Positions 27,816-32,000 of a stretch of DNA of 32,000 bases are shown here, one piece after another. Below the pieces are notes generated by a model, which saw nothing but the letters and a program-made list of their open reading frames with translations, had not been told where the DNA came from and searched no databases. A program made the position numbers and the translations under genes. Source of the DNA: Telmatocola sphagniphila (GTDB lineage: Bacteria > Planctomycetota > Planctomycetia > Gemmatales > Gemmataceae); NCBI RefSeq assembly GCF_018398935.1, contig NZ_CP074694.1, forward strand, positions 1,200,001 through 1,232,000, given 5' to 3'. Each line of letters opens with the position of its first letter. Within the stretch, counting starts at the first letter, position 1.

Positions 27816-28016
27816 TCAGGCAGAGTTTTTTGACGCGTTTTTTCTTTGATACTTTTTCGGTTGATCCCATCGCGGACTCTTGCATTTGGGGCAGACGTGT
27901 GGCCGTGAATTTCCGTGAGGAACCCATTCGTGACCGCAGCGACATCGGCAGCCATTCACTAGCACCATACCTATCGGCTTGCTGGAATCGGAGTCGGAAC
28001 CGGATGTTTTAGTCAT
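27816..28016 (-). CDS. Small zinc-ribbon protein (C-x-C-G-H-x-W ... C-P-x-C-K-S-x-x-W)
   Basis: 66-aa ORF with about 50% G+C embedded in about 30% G+C DNA. Four Cys are arranged as two knuckles (CRCRCGHEW / CPKCKSPRW), followed by a basic tail KKYQRKNASK. No clear Shine-Dalgarno sequence. An alternative start at Met17 is possible. Confidence 0.55.
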   Translation of the reverse strand: MTKTSGSDSDSSKPIGMVLVNGCRCRCGHEWVPHGNSRPHVCPKCKSPRWDQPKKYQRKNASKNSA

Positions 28017-28395
28017 GATCGTTTCTAGAGTAAATTTATATAGCTTTAAACACTATATGGTTGGTATATACTTAAAGTAAATAGTTAGAGTATATATATT
28101 AGTCAGTTTTTTAATATAATCAATTTGTTTTGCCGGGCGCGAATCATTTTGCGTCTAATCTTAACAATTATTGATCGCATTTGATAATTTGGTGCTTGAA
28201 CTAGATGCAACATCTTTGGTTATAGAATGAAAAATAGCATAGTATCTTTTTTTCAAATTATTATCTCTCACTACTCAAAAGCCATTCTATTTTTAAATGT
28301 GAACGACTCGGACGACTTGAATTAGTTGAATTGCGGTTTTTCTAATAGTCATTCCACCGATTAAATTCAGTGCTCATATTTCGGAGTGATTAGAC
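28017..28395. other. AT-rich divergent intergenic region (about 29% G+C by hand count over 28021-28380)
   Basis: 379 bp without an ORF, containing (TA)n runs, A/T tracts and many TATAAT-like hexamers. It lies between the zinc-ribbon ORF (-) and the pseudo-kinase gene (+). Confidence 0.8.
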
Positions 28396-29997
28396 GTGTT
28401 TTCAGTTCGAATTGGCTTCCTGGCTGCGATCCCGTTACTGACCGCACTGCTTTGGTTCGTGCTGCCAGCGGATTTGAGATCGGAGAAGGGGATCTTTCTG
28501 ACTTCCGGTCTAGCATCCATACTCATTCTTGCGTGCGGGCTCTTTTTGACCCGAACCGTAGAAACCTTTCGAACCTGGGTACAGAACGACGTTCTGAATG
28601 TTCCTGAAAAGAAAAGAGACCCGTTATTCGGTCCAGCGAAACTCCGTTACTTGGATTTAGTCCGAGATCGGGACCAGGCTTTGCAGGAGCGCCAGGTTGT
28701 TCTTGATGCTGTGGATTCCCATCTGATAGCCTTGAACCTTTTGATGGGGGTGAAACAAAGCGCTGCACGAGGTCTGGATTCGCTGCCTGGGAGCTTGACC
28801 GAACTTCGTAACTTGCTTCAGACCCTGCGTTCCCGAATGCAGGTAAATCAGTCGCTGCTCCAGGGAATTCCCGTTCCAGTAGTCGTAACCGATGATCAAG
28901 GGCGGCTTTTATCGATGAACCAGCTGGGCGAAAAGTGTCTGGCACTCAATCCCGGAAACATGGCCGCACGCAATATCGATGAATTCCTTGTGATGCCGAA
29001 CGGAAAAGCGTCGGCTTTGGCTCGTTCGGAGGTACATACGGATCTTGCAGAACTTTCTCTTTCGGGTCAGAAGAAACCGATTCGGTTTTTCCACGGCAAA
29101 GTGCCCCACCCCGAGCGTAAAAATTTGTCGTGCTGGGTGATCACCGATCGTTCTCAGGAATTGGCCGAAAAAGATTCGATGGTTTCTAATGCGGCCAAGG
29201 AAGCCCGGCTTAGCACTCTTCAGCAGTTGATCCGAGATAACCTGGTGGCTGAACTTCCTCTGGCCGAGACACTTCAAGCGAAATGTCGATTAGCGCTCGG
29301 GGAAGTCAAACAGTCGGCTGATAAGAGCCAGTTGATTTCGCGGATCGGCGGAATCCGGCAGGACCTGGATCAGTGGATGGGCCGTTTGCGACTCTGGGAG
29401 TCGCTCTATCGAGTCGAGTGGACGGAGTTGGATAGTCTTGATTTGAACGAAATCACCGCGGAGGAGGTTCTTCAGGATTCCATTCGTTCGCTTTCCAGCC
29501 TTACTAGCGCTAAACGAGTTACGATTCAAGTAGCGAATAAAGGCGCTGGTTGGCTCTGTGCCGACAGCTCCGGATTGTTCAACGCGCTTCGCGGCCTGCT
29601 TGAGTTTGCCATTCGGGCCAGCAGTGGTGAACGCGTGGAAGTGCGGGTAGATAAGCTTCCCGGGACTGCAGAATTGTCCGAGGGTTGGGTGGTTTATGAA
29701 GTTTTGGGAGAGTGGAAGAAAGATTGGCTGCCAGCCATTGCGGATGGGGAATTCGATTGGGAATCGTTGCTAGTGGAGCAACCGGGAAGGGAAGCCTTAC
29801 TCGGCTATCTGGTGGCAGCTAGAGTTTCCCGCACACTGAATGGCTTCCTACGAGCGGAGGAGTCCCCAGACGGCCGGAGAATTTTCGGTCTGTATGTCCC
29901 GACCCGACTGCCCGAGCAGAAAGTGGTGCAAGCAGGCTTGGAAATCGGCCCGATCGAGGAGCTCTGTTTGGGTTGGAAGTTAGGTATGGCTGTTTGA
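28396..29997 (+). CDS. Membrane-anchored PAS protein with a degenerate histidine-kinase-like C-terminal half (pseudo-histidine kinase)
   Basis: GTG at 28396 lies 9 nt after CGGAG. Two TM helices with a loop of about 9 aa, then a coiled linker and a PAS-like segment LLQGIPVPVVVTDDQGRLLSMNQLGEKCL. The DHp/CA-like region is co-linear with kinases (LDLNEI..., VTIQV...CADSSGLFNALRGLLEFAIRAS, GREALLGYLVAARVSRTLNGFLRAEESPDGRRIFGLYVP), but the H, N, G1 and G2 motifs are all absent. Confidence 0.8.
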   Translation: MFSVRIGFLAAIPLLTALLWFVLPADLRSEKGIFLTSGLASILILACGLFLTRTVETFRTWVQNDVLNVPEKKRDPLFGPAKLRYLDLVRDRDQALQERQVVLDAVDSHLIALNLLMGVKQSAARGLDSLPGSLTELRNLLQTLRSRMQVNQSLLQGIPVPVVVTDDQGRLLSMNQLGEKCLALNPGNMAARNIDEFLVMPNGKASALARSEVHTDLAELSLSGQKKPIRFFHGKVPHPERKNLSCWVITDRSQELAEKDSMVSNAAKEARLSTLQQLIRDNLVAELPLAETLQAKCRLALGEVKQSADKSQLISRIGGIRQDLDQWMGRLRLWESLYRVEWTELDSLDLNEITAEEVLQDSIRSLSSLTSAKRVTIQVANKGAGWLCADSSGLFNALRGLLEFAIRASSGERVEVRVDKLPGTAELSEGWVVYEVLGEWKKDWLPAIADGEFDWESLLVEQPGREALLGYLVAARVSRTLNGFLRAEESPDGRRIFGLYVPTRLPEQKVVQAGLEIGPIEELCLGWKLGMAV

Positions 29998-30090
29998 ATT
30001 TGGATGCATTAGGCGTTTCGACGGCGTGTAAAGAGTGTTTCCGATTCGGCTAAATGAGTTACTGGCGCGGTAACACCAAGGATAGATGCT

Positions 30091-31611
30091 ATGAAAAGAA
30101 TTAAATTGCAGCCGCTGGGTGAAGATTTGGTCATGCAGACCGGCACCACGGTGCTCTCTACTCTGTTAGCTAAGCAACTCAACGTCAAAATGTCCTGCGG
30201 TGGGCGCGGCCTTTGCGCGACCTGTCGCGTGACCGTGGAGAAGGGGGGCGATAGTCTCTCCCCCATGGAAAACCGCGAAAAGAAAACGCTGTCGCTCGTA
30301 CAGGGCAGTACGCCTTCCTGCCGGCTGGCCTGTCAATCCCGAATTTACGGTGACGGCGTCGTCGTGCAGTTACCCAAGGGTATGTACATCGAAAAGGCGG
30401 AAGACCTTCTGAGCTTGTTGGGCACTCGCGCTCCCGAGAATATACTCCACCCGATCTTCGGTAACGTGCTTATCCCCAAAGACAAAATCATCACTCGTAC
30501 GCTTTTCGAACAAACCAAACTTCTTGAAAAAGAAGTCGAAAGAGTCCGAAATGCAAAAACGGGCGGGGGCGATTCCGAAAGTCAGCTGAACTCCTCGACG
30601 ATTGGCAACGGCCGATTCCTGGCCACCGGTTCGGGTATTGCTCCCGCCTCGATGCAGGATACATTCTCTTCGACGGTGCTGCGGGCAACCAGTATCAACC
30701 CGATCAAAACCAAACCGAGTTATCTCAGCCCGAATATCCCACTCCCTCCGTCGACTAATCCGCGCAAGTTGGAACCAGGAGTTCAGATCGGCAAATTCCT
30801 TCTGATCGAGCAGATCGGGCGCGGAGCATCCGGTCTGGTTTTCCGAGCTTCCAACTTGAAATTGAAGTCCATGGTGGCATTGAAGTTTCTGCATCCGGAT
30901 GCCCAGCACGATCGCGAAGCCCGCATCGAGAGATTTCGCAATGAAGCTCATTTGCTGGCCCAGATCAATCACCCCAACATCGTGCGCGTGCTCGACTTTG
31001 AAGATAATCCGATCCTGCCATTCGTGGTGATGGAATACGTTGAAGGATTGAGCGGCTTGGATCTGCTGAAACAAAATCGGGTTTTACCCGTGGACCGCGC
31101 ATCGAATATCGTTCTACAAGCGGCCAAGGGGTTGCAGGCGGCTCACAAGCTGGGGATCATCCATCGCGACGTCAAACCCGGGAACCTGTTAGTTTCACGG
31201 GACGATACTACACGCATCCTGGATTTAGGGCTGGCATTGAAAATTGAAGGGGATGGCGAGAACCCTTCTGCCTCAGGCGAAGGTACCGCGGCCTACATGC
31301 CGCCCGAACAGCTCATAGATGGTTCCCAGATCGATCATCGATCCGATATCTACTCCCTGGGAGTGACCTTCTATCATCTGATCACAGGTAAGTTGCCTTA
31401 TACCGCTGCCAGCCGCAAAGAGATGTTTATGGAACATATGAGTTCCAATCCTCCGAAACCGTCCAAGGTCCGGCCGGAGATCCCCAACGATTTGTCCAAC
31501 TTTATTCTGGAAATGATGCACATGGATTTGGAAAATCGGCCCCAATCCTACGATTCGGTCATTGAACGACTGACCGAATACGCCACGGATAATCAGTTGG
31601 TGACAGCCTGA
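30091..31611 (+). CDS. [2Fe-2S] ferredoxin-domain :: Hanks-type Ser/Thr protein kinase fusion
   Basis: AAGGA RBS. The N-terminal ~95 aa carry SCGGRGLCATCRV (C-x5-C-x2-C) plus CRLACQ, the NqrF/reductase-type 2Fe-2S ligand pattern. The C-terminal kinase has G-loop GRGASGLV, VALKF Lys, alphaC Glu (RFRNEAHLL), HRDVKPGNLL, DLG and AAYMPPEQ. Confidence 0.9.
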   Translation: MKRIKLQPLGEDLVMQTGTTVLSTLLAKQLNVKMSCGGRGLCATCRVTVEKGGDSLSPMENREKKTLSLVQGSTPSCRLACQSRIYGDGVVVQLPKGMYIEKAEDLLSLLGTRAPENILHPIFGNVLIPKDKIITRTLFEQTKLLEKEVERVRNAKTGGGDSESQLNSSTIGNGRFLATGSGIAPASMQDTFSSTVLRATSINPIKTKPSYLSPNIPLPPSTNPRKLEPGVQIGKFLLIEQIGRGASGLVFRASNLKLKSMVALKFLHPDAQHDREARIERFRNEAHLLAQINHPNIVRVLDFEDNPILPFVVMEYVEGLSGLDLLKQNRVLPVDRASNIVLQAAKGLQAAHKLGIIHRDVKPGNLLVSRDDTTRILDLGLALKIEGDGENPSASGEGTAAYMPPEQLIDGSQIDHRSDIYSLGVTFYHLITGKLPYTAASRKEMFMEHMSSNPPKPSKVRPEIPNDLSNFILEMMHMDLENRPQSYDSVIERLTEYATDNQLVTA

Positions 31612-31617
31612 ACCGAA

Positions 31618-32000
31618 CTAACGCTTGCCCAGCGATCGAATATCGAAATCCGCATCGTTCAGATGATTGCAGCGAAAATTCGAGAAGAGCATCGACTCGG
31701 CGTTTCGGCCGCCATTTTCCACGATGATGATTACGACCGGCAGATTTAAGCTGGGGCTGCCTTCATCAACATCGAAATAGTACTGTCGCTTGCCTCCCTT
31801 GGGCAATTCCTTATCCCCGGGGGGCACATGTTCTTCAATCAGGCGTAATGGCCCTTTGTGATCGTTTCGTTCGGTCATCCCCTTGTCGTGCAGTCTCGAA
31901 GCGAATGTCTGCTGATTCCACAAGGAGAGCAAATGACGCACGACGTACCCTGGTCCCGCATCCCGAATATCGTGTTTGGAGCGACTCTTGAGAGTCGGAT
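31618..32000 (-). CDS. Hypothetical protein, 3' portion only (N-terminus beyond the window end)
   Basis: The minus-strand frame stays open from 31998 through the ORF-track start (GTG 31941) to the stop at 31618. No motif recognised. Convergent with the kinase gene, 6 nt apart. Confidence 0.55.
   Translation of the reverse strand, partial: PTLKSRSKHDIRDAGPGYVVRHLLSLWNQQTFASRLHDKGMTERNDHKGPLRLIEEHVPPGDKELPKGGKRQYYFDVDEGSPSLNLPVVIIIVENGGRNAESMLFSNFRCNHLNDADFDIRSLGKR

Noticed and set aside
27554-28099. 11-bp direct repeat AGTATATATAT (27554-27564 and 28089-28099) flanking the zinc-ribbon ORF, as possible target-site duplication or element ends
   Set aside because: The repeat is (TA)n low complexity in AT-rich DNA and is easily produced by chance. 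There are no inverted terminal repeats and no transposase. A second 10-bp repeat (ACTCGGACGA at 27402 and 28306) is within chance expectation for this length.

Overview
32-kb chromosomal window. Coding lines run roughly 50-55% G+C by hand count. The gene content suggests a Planctomycetota-like genome: a sigma-54 two-component system, a secreted ThuA-like protein, a BON protein with an aromatic/proline tail, a Hanks kinase with an odd N-terminal domain, and many signal-peptide hypotheticals. That assignment is inference and cannot be verified here.

Layout:
- 1-6.7 kb (+): 3' part of an RND efflux permease, then a sensor histidine kinase, a sigma-54-dependent (NtrC-type) response regulator, a good sigma-54 promoter and an orphan receiver.
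- 6.8-8.5 kb: a secreted protein, tRNA-Arg(ACG) and a BON-domain protein.
- 8.6-16.7 kb (-): one tightly packed array: anchored protein, ABC ATPase, ABC permease, moeA, lnt, alpha/beta hydrolase, secreted protein.
- 16.8-22.5 kb (+): ald, xseA, xseB, ispA, dxs.
- 22.7-27.0 kb (+): STAS protein, LOG-family protein, secreted protein, pyrF, ThuA-like protein.
- 27.0-28.4 kb: an AT-rich, nearly gene-free tract (about 29% G+C over 28021-28380 by hand count) holding one small zinc-ribbon ORF.
- 28.4-31.6 kb (+): a membrane PAS protein whose histidine-kinase-like half lacks every catalytic motif, followed by a [2Fe-2S] ferredoxin-domain::Ser/Thr kinase fusion.
- 31.6-32.0 kb (-): 3' end of a gene running off the window.

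I saw no CRISPR array, rRNA, transposase, integrase or obvious prophage or defence genes. Most of the window is ordinary housekeeping. I do not see a self-evident novel multi-gene system. The best candidate for something undescribed is the 27.0-31.6 kb block (AT-rich island, zinc-ribbon ORF, pseudo-histidine kinase, ferredoxin-kinase fusion). Secondary candidates are a recurring family of secreted beta-rich proteins and the lnt-linked hydrolase and ABC exporter array.
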